A stretch of DNA of 64,000 nucleotides from positions 149,420,001-149,484,000 of the forward strand of contig OZ024743.1 in assembly GCA_964016885.1 (NCBI GenBank), in the 5' to 3' direction. This stretch comes from Eledone cirrhosa. Its lineage: Eukaryota. The notes beneath the pieces are model-generated. The model did not search any database and was not told where the DNA came from. It saw only the letters and a program-made list of their open reading frames with translations. Shown one piece after another: positions 52,830 to 64,000 of this stretch (positions are counted from its first letter, which is position 1; each line of letters opens with the position of its first letter). The translations under genes were made by a program, and so were the position numbers.

Positions 52830-53457
52830 TAGCTGAGGTACCCGGTAATACCCGGGAGTGAGGATATTCCCAGTTCCCATTAAAATGCCCAATGCCTCTC
52901 AGACCAAAAATGAAATCAAAATATAGGACAGATAATCAAAAGCGAAGACAAATTCATTTACGAAATAATAATTGTTTCTACTTTAGGCACAAGGCCAGCA
53001 ATTACCCAGCACATTACTGGTACTTTATTTTATCGACCCCGTAAGGATGAAAGGCAAAGTTAAATACAAACAAATATTGTTAATTGCTTTGTTCAGGCGA
53101 AAAAATGTTTGTCAGAGAAGTTGAATGTTGCTATAAGGAAAAAATAGAACCCCCATTAGGGTGTCTTAATATTATTGAAATTTGCTGAAATTTTGTGAAT
53201 AGGCATCATATCTTGTCATTTACCTATGGTTTAAATTTCATATAAATCGAAGGGAAACATTTCAGCAGGGGTTTGAGCCACCGGGGAACCCTTTGATTAA
53301 AATGAAATATACGTAAGAAATCAAACGGGCATGAGCACCACACACGTGTCAAGTTTCATCAAGATCAGTTTGGTAGTTTTTGAGTTTTAGGTTCACAAAC
53401 AAATCCACAAACAAACACACACACAAACAGACAGAAATTGCCATTTATGTATATAGA
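52829..53457 (-). mobile_element. Non-autonomous Helitron
   Basis: Starts TCTATAT, ends CCCGGGTATTACCGGG hairpin then CTAG-T; contains SINE B fragment 52966-53062. Confidence 0.75.
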
Positions 53458-54015
53458 TATATATGTGTGTGTGTGTGTATGTGTGTATAAAGAGAGAGAA
53501 GCAGTCAGAGGGAAGGAGAGGATGTGAAGGAAAGAGAAATGAAGAGAGAGAAAGGAAAACATAGAGAGAGACAGGCAGAGATGTCTACATGCAGGTATGC
53601 CTTCAGTATTAGTCTGGTGATATAAGGAAGTATTTTAACAATGGGAATAGTTAAACCATTCATCTTACCATCTAATTATACTGTCTTATAAAGATTAGGA
53701 TAGTTGAATTAGAATTAAAAGGTTTAAAGAGACAGGGGGAACAGAAAGGAAGCAAGAGGAAGAGACAGACAGAGAGAGGGAGGGACAGAGAGAGAGGGGG
53801 GTTGGGGAGAGAGACAATAAGAGTAAGAGGGTATAGAAAAGAAGAAATGTGGATATCTATAGTGGTTGGAAGAAGAAATAACTTGGTTTTGAAATCAAAA
53901 CTGCTAGCTTTCTTTTGATTCTTCTATAATGTTCTTAAATCAAAGAGAGTTTTAAAAAAATGTTTCCAAAGTATTTGTAAGGATAAAAATAGGTTAGCTT
54001 ATGTATGTATATATG

Positions 54016-54050
<35 letters not shown>

Positions 54051-54706
54051 CTGTTTTACGTCCATTTGTGTCACTGCTTTTATGAGAGTATATTTGTATT
54101 TCTGATGTATTTTGAGCTGCATATGAAAAGATATCCAAATCTTCAATATTTGGCATTCAATGACAATCTAGGCCAATGGATGTTTACATACTATAAGTTA
54201 GATGATGACCTGCAATATCAATGTATACTGATAGCTCACTACCAAGTGACCCATACTAACCTAGCCACATGGCTCATAAACTGTTGCCATGTGACTGTTC
54301 ATGGGACCTATACTAACATTAATCCTAATCCTAACTCTAAACCTAACCCTAATTTTAATTCTAACTTTCACTCTCATATTTCTGCACCTCTACTTTTGCC
54401 TAAATGAGAAATAAAAACACAAAACATATACTGTTATTAAACAGTATATATTTAATGTTATTAGCTCACTCTTTTTATCGTGCCCTGAATCACATACACT
54501 ACTGAAAAAAAAAAACCTACACAACCCACTATACATATATGTGTGTGTATATATATATATATATATAAACACAAATATACATCTTAAAATATACACACAT
54601 ACACGCACACAAATATGTGTGTACATGTGTATGTATGTATATGTATATATGTGTATATATATATGTGTGTGTATGTGTAGCTATGTGTGTGTGTATATAT
54701 ACATAT

Positions 54707-54897
54707 AATAATTGTTTCTACTTTAGGCACAAGGCCAGCAATTACCCAGTACATTACTGGTACTTTATTTTATCAACCCCGTAAGGATGAAAGGCAAAGT
54801 TAACCTCGGCGGGATTTGAACTCAGACTGTAAAGGGACGTAACTATGCTAGAAAGCATGGTGTCTGACGCTCTACCGATTCTGCCAATCTACTACCT
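54707..54897 (-). mobile_element. tRNA-derived SINE (family B), full length
   Basis: Near-identical to 36106-36293; older copy at 57215-57420. Confidence 0.88.
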
Positions 54898-55544
54898 ACT
54901 ATTATTATTATATACATATAATAATAATAGTAATAAACGAAAGATGTATACTTTATATCATCTCTATTTCTTTCTTTATATATATTTCAAAGATGCAAAG
55001 TTTTATGTATAACATAAAGCAAAACATGTTCTCCTCAGACAAAATATATAGAAAATGTATAATTTTTCCTGATAGGCTGGTAGACAGTTCGGTGACCACT
55101 AGGCATATGACTAGAAAAACTTCAGCATATAAGGGGATTTATGTGATTGGAAGAAAATATTACAGTTGGTTTTCATTGATTATATATATGATGCTATTGT
55201 TGCAACTCACATCACCCTCACCACTAATTGATTTGACAGACATCAATAACCCATTGATACCAAAAATTCTTTGGACAGAACCTAACAATTCCACAGACCT
55301 TTAGTGTTATGTAATTTGGTCAGTTGCTGTGATGCGATGCATATTGACTGTATGGCGTAAAGAGAACAAGGGAGAAAATGACAGTACTGCTATTTGTTTA
55401 GTCTAACCAAGCATAGATAAAAAAAAGCAAGGGTGATAGATAGATAACTGGTATAGATTACTAACAAGGACTGAACATAATAGAATCAAATTCCCTTTGT
55501 CACTGCCTCCGTATCTCTAGCTCTGCCCATCTTTCACTATTATA

Positions 55545-55905
55545 AGCAAATAGGGGCCCATGTGATGGCCACCCCATGGCACCAGTGAACAGAATAGAGG
55601 TGTTTCTCTGGAGGATGGTGAGTCTCCACTGCTACAGGCTCGATTGCAAACTTGTTGGAGAGCGACCAATATTTGGAGACTTTACCCTCTTCAACCTGAA
55701 GTGCAACAGAGCCTGGATTAGTTGGAAACTGTACCAGGTTTCCACAGGAGAAAGTGTTGCTGCATATGGCATACCAGTTGAGAGGTTTACCACCGCAGAA
55801 TGGGAAGATGGTCATGTTGTCTGGCCTTTTGCTGCCCACTCAGTCGAGTCCTGCTGGCTCAAGCTGGGAAGGGAAGCCTGCAGCAACCAAGCCATGCTTT
55901 ATGAT
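55545..55905 (-). pseudogene. CRE-like retrotransposon restriction-like endonuclease fragment
   Basis: KRPDNMTIFPFCGGKPLNW..CSNTF..EEGKVSKY..FAIEPVAVET. Confidence 0.7.
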
Positions 55906-56475
55906 TGTGTTGAGAGCAGCATGGCAAAGAAGGCAGCTGACACTGTAGTAACAGGATAGCGGATGGAAACCAAACAAGTCTATGGTGGATCTGTGGATCC
56001 ATATCACTTATAAATCCCATTTGTATAGATATATACTTAGAATGAATAAACACCTCAAATGTATGGATCTTTGTGTGTATGGGTATGTGAGTGTGAATGT
56101 GAACCTTGTCTTTTTCTGTGTCCGTTTATTATTGTGTATATATCTACATATCTAAAAAATAGGTTTTTCAAAGAATCCTTGTTTTTTAAAATCCCTTGGC
56201 CAACGACCTATACCCCTACCCACAAATCACCACATTCCCCAACCACCAGAAAACATATAAATACAACAGTTTTACAAGGACAGTCAGCTTTCTTGATGAT
56301 TTCTTTTGAATGAAACAGTTCTAGTCCTATTTACACTCTACTGATGTATTGAGTACCTCACTTACTGTGGTTATCCCTGATTGAACCTGGGATTCCCACA
56401 AACACACACACACACATATATATATATATTTGTTAGCAGCCAAAGCAGATGTCAAAACGACGATGATGATGATGA

Positions 56476-56552
<77 letters not shown>

Positions 56553-57959
56553 AAACTCACATATATAGATGTATTTATGCAGTTAGAAAGCAATAGCTTA
56601 GATAAAAATTATATCAAAAGAAGATTAAAAGAAATAATTCATTTTTGTCCAAGAAATAGTTTACAATATTCTTTGAAAACAGGACTTCTTATATTTGAGA
56701 TTCCATATATTTTTGTATAAAATTAGAAGAATGTTTGCCAAAGAAATGATTGGTGCCTATCAATTATAAGGCACAGTTCAGTGTAATTATGGGAGGTAGA
56801 TCACTTTAGAAATGTTTCAATCATAGATGGATTCCTCATTCTCAATTCAGCATTTTGGTCAAATCCAGATATTATTTCCTTTAAAAAACACTTATTACTA
56901 TTATTGATTACACTTTAACAAAGCAGGCATTCTTCTTCTTCTTCTTCTTCTTCTTCTTCTCCTCCTCCTGCCTCTCCTCCTCCTTACAATTCTCCACTTG
57001 ATATTAACTCACCATTGCCATGATAATACATACAGTCAATCCTCCTCCACATTCTCCTAACCATTCTTGTCATTCATCTCATTATAATTCTTTTAAATTT
57101 CTTTTCTCACTCTTGCCGTTTTTCATGACTACTACTACTACTACTACTACTACAACTACTACCACCACCACTACTACTAATACTACTGCTATCAAAATCT
57201 ACAATGATAATAATAATAATTAGGCACAAGGCCAACAATTTTGGGGAAGGGAAAATCGATTAAATCAACACCAGTGCATTACTGGTGATTTATTTTTATC
57301 CATCTTGTAAGGATGAAAGGCAAAGCTAGCCTTGGCAGGATTTGAACTCAGAACGTAAAGGGACATAACTCTATGCTACAAAGCATAATGTCTGATGTTT
57401 TACTAATACTGCCAATCCACTGCTAGTCACAAGACAACCAATTTTTTTAGGGAGACAAAAACCAATTACGTTTATCTCAGGACTAGTTTTATTTATTGAA
57501 CCCAATAGGATTTGAAGTCATAAACATATAAAGAGCCATAAACATAGCCACCATGAACTTTACTAAATCCATTCTGGTTCAGGGTGCATTATTCATGCCA
57601 CCAGCACTAGGGAGGTTGTCTTACTAGACTTAATTAAGAGCCCTCTCCACACTTAGTTAGTTATTATTTTGAGTGTCTACTCTCCTACATGGATTGCCTT
57701 CACTATGGCTTATAGAGCCCACATCTACCCCGTGCAGTAGGTTTCAATCAGAGTTACTGCCCTCCTAGTTGGGTTGCCATCGCCATGGTTTGTGGAGTTC
57801 GCATCTTCCCCTTGCTGTTGATTTTAAATGGAGTCACTGCTCTCCTAGGCAGTCTACCTTAGTTTCAGGTATGGGGTCCCGAGAAGTAATTTGTAATTTG
57901 GGGTTTCTGCCATTTTATACAACCTGCTGTCACACTAGCTTACAAAACACTGCAACTGT

Positions 57960-58955
57960 CCTATGAACCATAATAATATATATACATTTTATGTATATAT
58001 ACATATATGGGAGGCATTTTAGTCTGTCAAGGCTGGAAGCTAAATCTAAGGCTCGCCAGGTACTCATCAGAGAAATGCTATTTGTGGATGATGCAGCACT
58101 GGTAGCACACTCTAAGGAGCAAAAACAGCACCTCATGAACAAACTCTTGTGTGTCTGTTAGGAATTCAGCCTGACCATTACACTAAAGAAAACCAATGTC
58201 TGGGCCAAAGTGTCAAGCATTCCCTCACCATCACCATCACCAACTATGAGCTGGAGGCGGTCCTCGAATTCATATACCTTCATTCCACCATCACTGACAA
58301 CCTCTCCTTAGACCCCAAGATCAGCAGGAGAGGTGGATGAACAGCCTCCACATTTTCTAGGCTAACAAAGAGAGTCTGGGAGAACAGAAAACTAACTGCA
58401 AATACCAAGATTGCTGTCTACATGGCGTATGTCCTCAGAACACTACTTTACGGCAGTGAGACATGAAGCCTCTACTCCAGACAGGAGCGGTGTCTCAATG
58501 TCTTCCACCTTCATTGCCTGAGGCACATTTTGGATATCAAGTGGAATGGCCGGGTCACCAACACTGAAGTCCTCATCTGCACCAAGATACCCAGCATTTA
58601 CACCCTGCTCAAACAGTGTTGTCTGCACAGGCTCAGTCACATACATCATATACCAGATGGAAAGATCCCAAAAGATCTACTATGTGGGGAACTGGCCACC
58701 GTTTCAAAGCTGAGTGCAGGAGGGATGTGAAGTCAATTGATCTGGGCACACAGAAATGGAAAAAGGTCGATAATGATTGCCCACAATGGAGATGAGTACG
58801 GCACAGAGGTTTGGAGCTGGGAGATGAGGAAATGAAAATGCCTACTCGAAAAAAGAACAACACCGTAGCACCAAAGGAGATCATCTACAAATGTAGTTGT
58901 TGTATACAGGACTACTACTTCCATGGGCCAGTACAGCCACAGCAGAAACTGCACC
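57960..58955 (+). pseudogene. Decayed RTE (BovB-like) LINE RT C-terminal part
   Basis: EMLFVDDAAL, EFIYL.STI, LLYGSET*, DIKW..RVTNTEVL, DGKIPKDLLCGEL. Confidence 0.85.
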
Positions 58956-58959
58956 ACCA

Positions 58960-59935
58960 TCAACAGCTCTTCCTTGACACCCTTATCTTTTATACGGTCT
59001 ATATTCAAGCGCTTTGGAATTTTGATTCCATTTGCTCTTGTTTTGGGTTTGATCATGAAGTTTCCCTTGGCGCGCACCAGACAATGGTCTGTCCAGCACT
59101 CTGCGCCATGCAGAACACGCACATGCTTGATATCCTGCATGTCACGTTTCTTCACAAAAACATAGTCGATCAGATGTCACACCTTCGACCTAGGGTGCAT
59201 CCATGTTGTCTTGAACATATCATTTTGCTGGAACATCGAGCTTGCAATGAACAAATCTAATTCCACACACATCTGTAGGAAGAGGAGACCATTGCTGTTA
59301 CATTTCCCTATGCCATGTCTGCCGATCACATCCCAAGTCTCATAATCCCTGCCAACGCGTGCATTGAAATCACCATGTACGACTGTTTTGTCTGATGAAG
59401 GAATCTTTTTGACAAGTTCCTTCAAAGACCTGTAAAAGGTGAATTTCTCGACTTCATTGGAATTCATCGTCGGGGCATATACACTGACAATGTTAAGGTA
59501 GCGATTGTACATCAGAGGAATTCTCATTGACATGAGACGATCACTGATGCCACTTGGAAATTGGTCAAGTGTCGACACGAAAGATATTTTTACTGCAAAA
59601 GCCACACCTGCCTCCCTTCTGCATCCTACTGCTCTGCCACTTCAGTAAAACGTATAGCCACTGGACATCTCAGTGATATTACCCTCTTCGTGTAGCCTTG
59701 TTTCAGATAAAGCAACTATATCCATATTGTATCGTCCCAGCTCTTTGGCAACAAGAGCTGATCTTCTTTCTGGTCGTGATTCTGAAGACATCAAATCTAA
59801 TAAGGTGTTCCAGCGACCGATATTCATAGGTTTCAACTTCTTCTTCGCAGTGGCAGGATGACGACCGGGCCCATGCTGCGGTGCCATGGGAATCCTGCCG
59901 GGCCAGACCCTTTCACCGTCAGTTCCAGGGCTACG
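58960..59935 (-). pseudogene. RTE LINE 5' part with APE endonuclease
   Basis: NIGRWN..DIVALSETR..GYTFY, SVYAPT, GDFNARVG, TTWMHPRSK, WTDHCLV; frameshifted. Confidence 0.9.
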
Positions 59936-60660
59936 GCGGCGCAAAGATCACATGGTCTTTTGTTTCCATTATACGATCTAGCTTTAGTGTGGTTGACATT
60001 TAGACTCCAGATATAGGCCGAAAGTGACGTCATATCCCTTCTTAAAAGGTTAAGAAAAGAATGGGTGTGCTTGTATAGACGCTGCTTGAATCTATTGGCG
60101 GTTAATTCTATGTAGGCCCTACTAGACGTGGGTGTGTCAACCTTACATTTGTTGACAATATTACTGGATAAACATTTCCCGCATAGAGGGCAGTCTTCCC
60201 GATTCCTACAATTACAGTTAGTACTAGCTACTGGGTTGTTTGTGTTACTACAGCTAGGTAATTTGGCTAAATTTGATGCAGTGCTGTTATGTGCGAAGTT
60301 TGGAGACGTTGAGTAAGCTATTTTAACAGTGTTTCTATTAAATATTTTATTATATTTATTTTGCTATTGGTGTGGCCACCTCCATATTATATGGTGGGTT
60401 ATACCAAATAATACGGCGGAAATCACTTCAGAACTCAACATCCAGGACCGGACCGAACCTCTGGACACTTTTTCTCCCCATTTTACACTGAAGGATCATA
60501 AACCCAATTTTGCTAACAACCCATCTATTCGGCTTATTAAACCTACGAAGTCTGATTTAGGTAGATTTAGTAAAAGAATTTTAGATAGGATTATACCCGA
60601 AATTAGACGCATGGCCCCTCTAGCCCAGTGGAATAAGTCTTTCGCAGTGATTGATTGGTT

Positions 60661-60662
<2 letters not shown>
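59936..60662. pseudogene. PLE remnant with internal inversion
   Basis: Minus-strand GIY-YIG 59936-60390 (matches 31630-31860) abutting plus-strand RT N-terminus FTLKDHKPNFANNPSIRLIKPTKSDLG. Confidence 0.85.
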
Positions 60663-60751
<89 letters not shown>

Positions 60752-61292
60752 TATATATATATATATATATCCAAGGAGTGTAACGTGAAGTTATTGTAGA
60801 TTCACCCAGGTGAGCACTCGATGTTTAGGATCACGTCAGTAGCGAGGTGCAGAGCTAAACAGAATGTAATATAACAAATCGTCCATGTATTATATGTATA
60901 TACGAATAAATAAATAACCCAGTTTTAATACATTTAATACATTATTTAATTAATTTACATATGTTTCATTCAAATACAGAAGGAGGTGGCATTTAATTCA
61001 ACTGTATAGACATTGTCAAATTCATTAAATAATATAAAAAAAGATATTTATTTACCAATCACATGTTTTAGAGGCTCCAAACATGAAAATTCGAAAAACG
61101 TAAACAAGTTTTGCATGTATTAGGGATAACGTTATGTATATATAACATGTACGTCAATACTCATCTTTTTCCATTTATCTGAGGGTTCTAAACCCCATTA
61201 TCAGGCTAATAATTCCTTTAGTCAAAATACGGTGAAAGCTATTCTATTTTCTAATTTCAAATCTACTCACTGTTTCAAAACATACTTACTTG

Positions 61293-61362
<70 letters not shown>

Positions 61363-61399
61363 TGAAAAAAGAAATGTTCGCTCTACATGGCTGAATACA

Positions 61400-61921
61400 A
61401 TAAATGTAATCTGAGTTTTTCGAATATTAATAATTGTTTCTACTTTTTAGCACAAGGCCAGCAATTACCCAGTAATACCATTCGAATCGTTTGCAATTAT
61501 ACAAACAAGCCTCATTTTTTTTCATTATTTGAATGTGGCAAAGCCGGCCATTTATCGCTCGTATATAGGAAACTAACTGACCAGTCTGCTGATATGCAAA
61601 GCGGGCTGATCAGTGGATCTGCTAATATGCAAATCTGACTGATCAGCCAGTCTGCTTAAAAGCAAATCAGACCTATCAGTCACTGTATATTTTAGAAAAT
61701 AGCATATATTACCCTAGCTCTGACAGTTGGCAGGTGAACAGTGAGCTGTACTGATGAAGGGTGATACCCAGAAACATTAGTGTCTGCAGTTCTGTTTACA
61801 TGCCAACACAAGAGCAAGAATGAAGGGTTCATTCTACTGACATGGCTATAAAAATGAGGCTTGTTTGTATAATTGCAAACGAATCGAATGTTATTATTAA
61901 TATTCGAAAAACTCAGATTAC

Positions 61922-61927
<6 letters not shown>
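61400..61927 (+). mobile_element. Non-coding element with long inverted repeats and internal hammerhead
   Basis: 61400-61520 (interrupted by a SINE B piece) mirrors 61850-61927; ends in (TA)n. Confidence 0.7.
61727..61806 (+). ncRNA. Type I hammerhead ribozyme with extended, bulged stem I
   Basis: tgaacag-TG-agctgta-CTGATGA-a-gggt(gat)accc-a-GAA-ACA(ttag)TGT-C-tgcagtt-ctgttta; predicted cleavage after C61784. Confidence 0.85.
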
Positions 61928-61989
<62 letters not shown>

Positions 61990-62052
61990 TATATGTATAT
62001 TTCGTTGCTTAAACCATTTTGTTTGTTACCCTAACGTCCCCTTTATTTACGT

Positions 62053-62154
62053 GTCCCAACGACTTTTTTTAGCCGTTGTTCGCACCAACCTGAGGCATAT
62101 GGCCCTTAAAGCGATGAAATGCCTGGGACGGTTGGAGGGTCACTGATGAAGGAC
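62053..62154 (+). ncRNA. Structured RNA with hammerhead core strands in reversed order (copy 1)
   Basis: aggcaT-A-tggccct ... tGAA-Atgcct ... agggtca-CTGATGA-aggac. Confidence 0.62.
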
Positions 62155-62727
62155 TCACTTTTTCATATGCACCACCATTTGCAACGGGCAGCCATCATTA
62201 TTATCATATTTACACATAATTTTTCTTCTGCTGCTACCCGTCCGTTTCGTCCTTTGTACCTTTTACCCTTTCTAGCAGTCTCTCTCTCTGTTAGCCTTCT
62301 CCTCAACTTTCACTCACTCATTCTCTGTCACTACCTCTCCTCCTCCTCTTTCCTCCTCCTCCTTCAAGTTTGACCTGTGTGAAATTCTTTTCTCGCGCGT
62401 CCTGGCCAAGCTGGTATGGAATTTTTTTTCTCTCTCTCTTTCGTCTGCGACTTCACAAAACTTATGTTTACCGAATTCGTAGACCAGACCCCTTCTTCTT
62501 CTTCTTCTTCTTCTTCTTCTTCTTCTTCTCCCCCCCCCCCCCCCCCCGTTAGACTTGTGCGAAATTCCTTCCTTTCTCACATTTCAACCAGGTTTGATGG
62601 TCTTTTGTCTCTTGTTCACGATTTCACCGAGTTTATATTCATAGAGATCTGGGACTTGTCTATTTCTTCTCACTTTCCGTTGCTTAAACCATTTTGTTTG
62701 TTACCCTAACGTCCCCTTTATTTACGT

Positions 62728-62829
62728 GTCCCAACGACTTTTTTTAGCCGTTGTTCGCACCAACCCGAGGCATATGGCCCTTAAAGCGATGAAATGCCTG
62801 GGACGGTTGGAGGGTCACTGATGAAGGAC
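62728..62829 (+). ncRNA. Structured RNA with hammerhead core strands in reversed order (copy 2)
   Basis: Same motif in the second repeat. Confidence 0.62.
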
Positions 62830-62877
62830 TCACTTTTTCATATGCACCACCATTTGCAACGGGCAGCCATCATTATT

Positions 62878-62925
<48 letters not shown>

Positions 62926-64000
62926 CAAACGCACGCACATATAAACACGCACGCGCGCACACACACACACACATATATATATGTATTTGTGAGTAAATAA
63001 TAATATTATTAATATATATATATATGCATGTGTATGTCTACATTTATACAATAAAATACGCTATTTATTATTTACATCCAATTTTACGTATTGACATATG
63101 TTAAATGGGTCTATTGTAGTCTTTTGCTATCAGATATACAAAATAGAGACAGTCAACAAACACATTTTTTCATAGTCTTTTAAAATTGGTTATCATCAAC
63201 AATTTTACAACATCTTATCTAGCCACTAACATTAAAAGTACTGTCTTATTGGACTAAGGTATCCCTCTACAGAGTATCAATTTTATTTTCACAACCACTG
63301 ATCTTCTAGATAGATTACATTTGCTGTGGTTTGTGGAGTTTTTGTCTTCTTTGTTTCATCTGCCATTTTTGGCATGGTTTTTATGACTATTGCCAATCAC
63401 TTTACAGTTTATAATGACTCCATTTTATTTGTCTAAAAGCAATAAACATGTTATCTGCAAGGTCTAAAAGGTCCATTCTACTCTATCAATTTTTATTTGG
63501 GGTTATTGCTATTCAAGTAAAGTTGCTTTGTCTATGCCCTGAGGTTCCATGACACCTGTGGAAGATTAGAGTTGATCACTTTTCATTTTCTGTTAGGTTT
63601 GTTGAGAAAGCTCACCTTCCTAGACATATTGCAACAGTTTAGATGCTATGTTTCTCCATAGTGTAGAAAGAATTTTACACTATGACTGAAAAGCCAAGGA
63701 ACTCATAATGATACTCTATCTGGGCATAAGAGTTACCACCACTATATTTTACCATCTTGAAAAGGAAGAGTTACTTTGGGTAATGTAATCATAAACATGC
63801 AATGCTCAAGAGAAGAAAAGTATGACCATGACAGAAATATCTTTGATCATAGATTCCTCTATCAGGGATGATCTGGAGCTATTAACAACAACATCACAAT
63901 CACCAATATTTCTACAATTACTCTTGCTACCATTACCACATATGTCATTGTTACCAGTAGTACCATTTTTATCATTATTACAATAAGAAATTCTCTGTTC

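Larger units (their letters stand above)
62003..62884 (+). mobile_element. Retrozyme-like non-coding element with 207-nt direct terminal repeats
   Basis: 62003-62209 and 62678-62884 nearly identical (offset 675); pyrimidine-rich spacer; flanked by (TA)n. Confidence 0.8.

Noticed and set aside
54320-54365. Interstitial telomere (CCCTAA)n
   Set aside because: Only a short, highly degenerate run
59820-59935. HDV-like ribozyme in the RTE 5' region
   Set aside because: GC-rich hairpins present but no nested double pseudoknot could be built
62110-62154. SECIS, C/D snoRNA, twister or pistol readings of the motif
   Set aside because: No SECIS helix II or AAR loop, boxes not properly arranged, twister and pistol pairings cannot be completed; hammerhead pairings explain the covariation better

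Overview
AT-rich eukaryotic genomic DNA with no confidently identifiable host gene, dominated by (TA)n, (GA)n, (GAT)n and (GAA)n microsatellites and transposon debris. The repeat repertoire suggests an octopus or other cephalopod (inference only). Almost all short ORFs in the track are microsatellite artefacts. Real coding signal comes from retroelements: a young 5'-truncated RTE-clade LINE with an uninterrupted APE-RT frame and a PHD-type finger inside the RT region (27.3-30.3 kb), a second RTE copy, several decayed RTE, CR1/Jockey-like and CRE-like fragments, and at least six Penelope-like element (PLE; RT and/or GIY-YIG) remnants. Also present are two tRNA-derived SINE families, non-autonomous Helitrons, MITEs and mariner/MULE relics. 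The most notable layer is RNA structure: many type I hammerhead ribozymes (intact and decayed) in PLE terminal repeats, and a covariation-supported motif (43.25-43.35 kb; twice at 62.05-62.83 kb) carrying all three hammerhead core strands in reversed, non-circularly-permuted order, in 207-nt direct repeats 675 nt apart. All alignments and folds were done by eye; boundaries of decayed elements are approximate.
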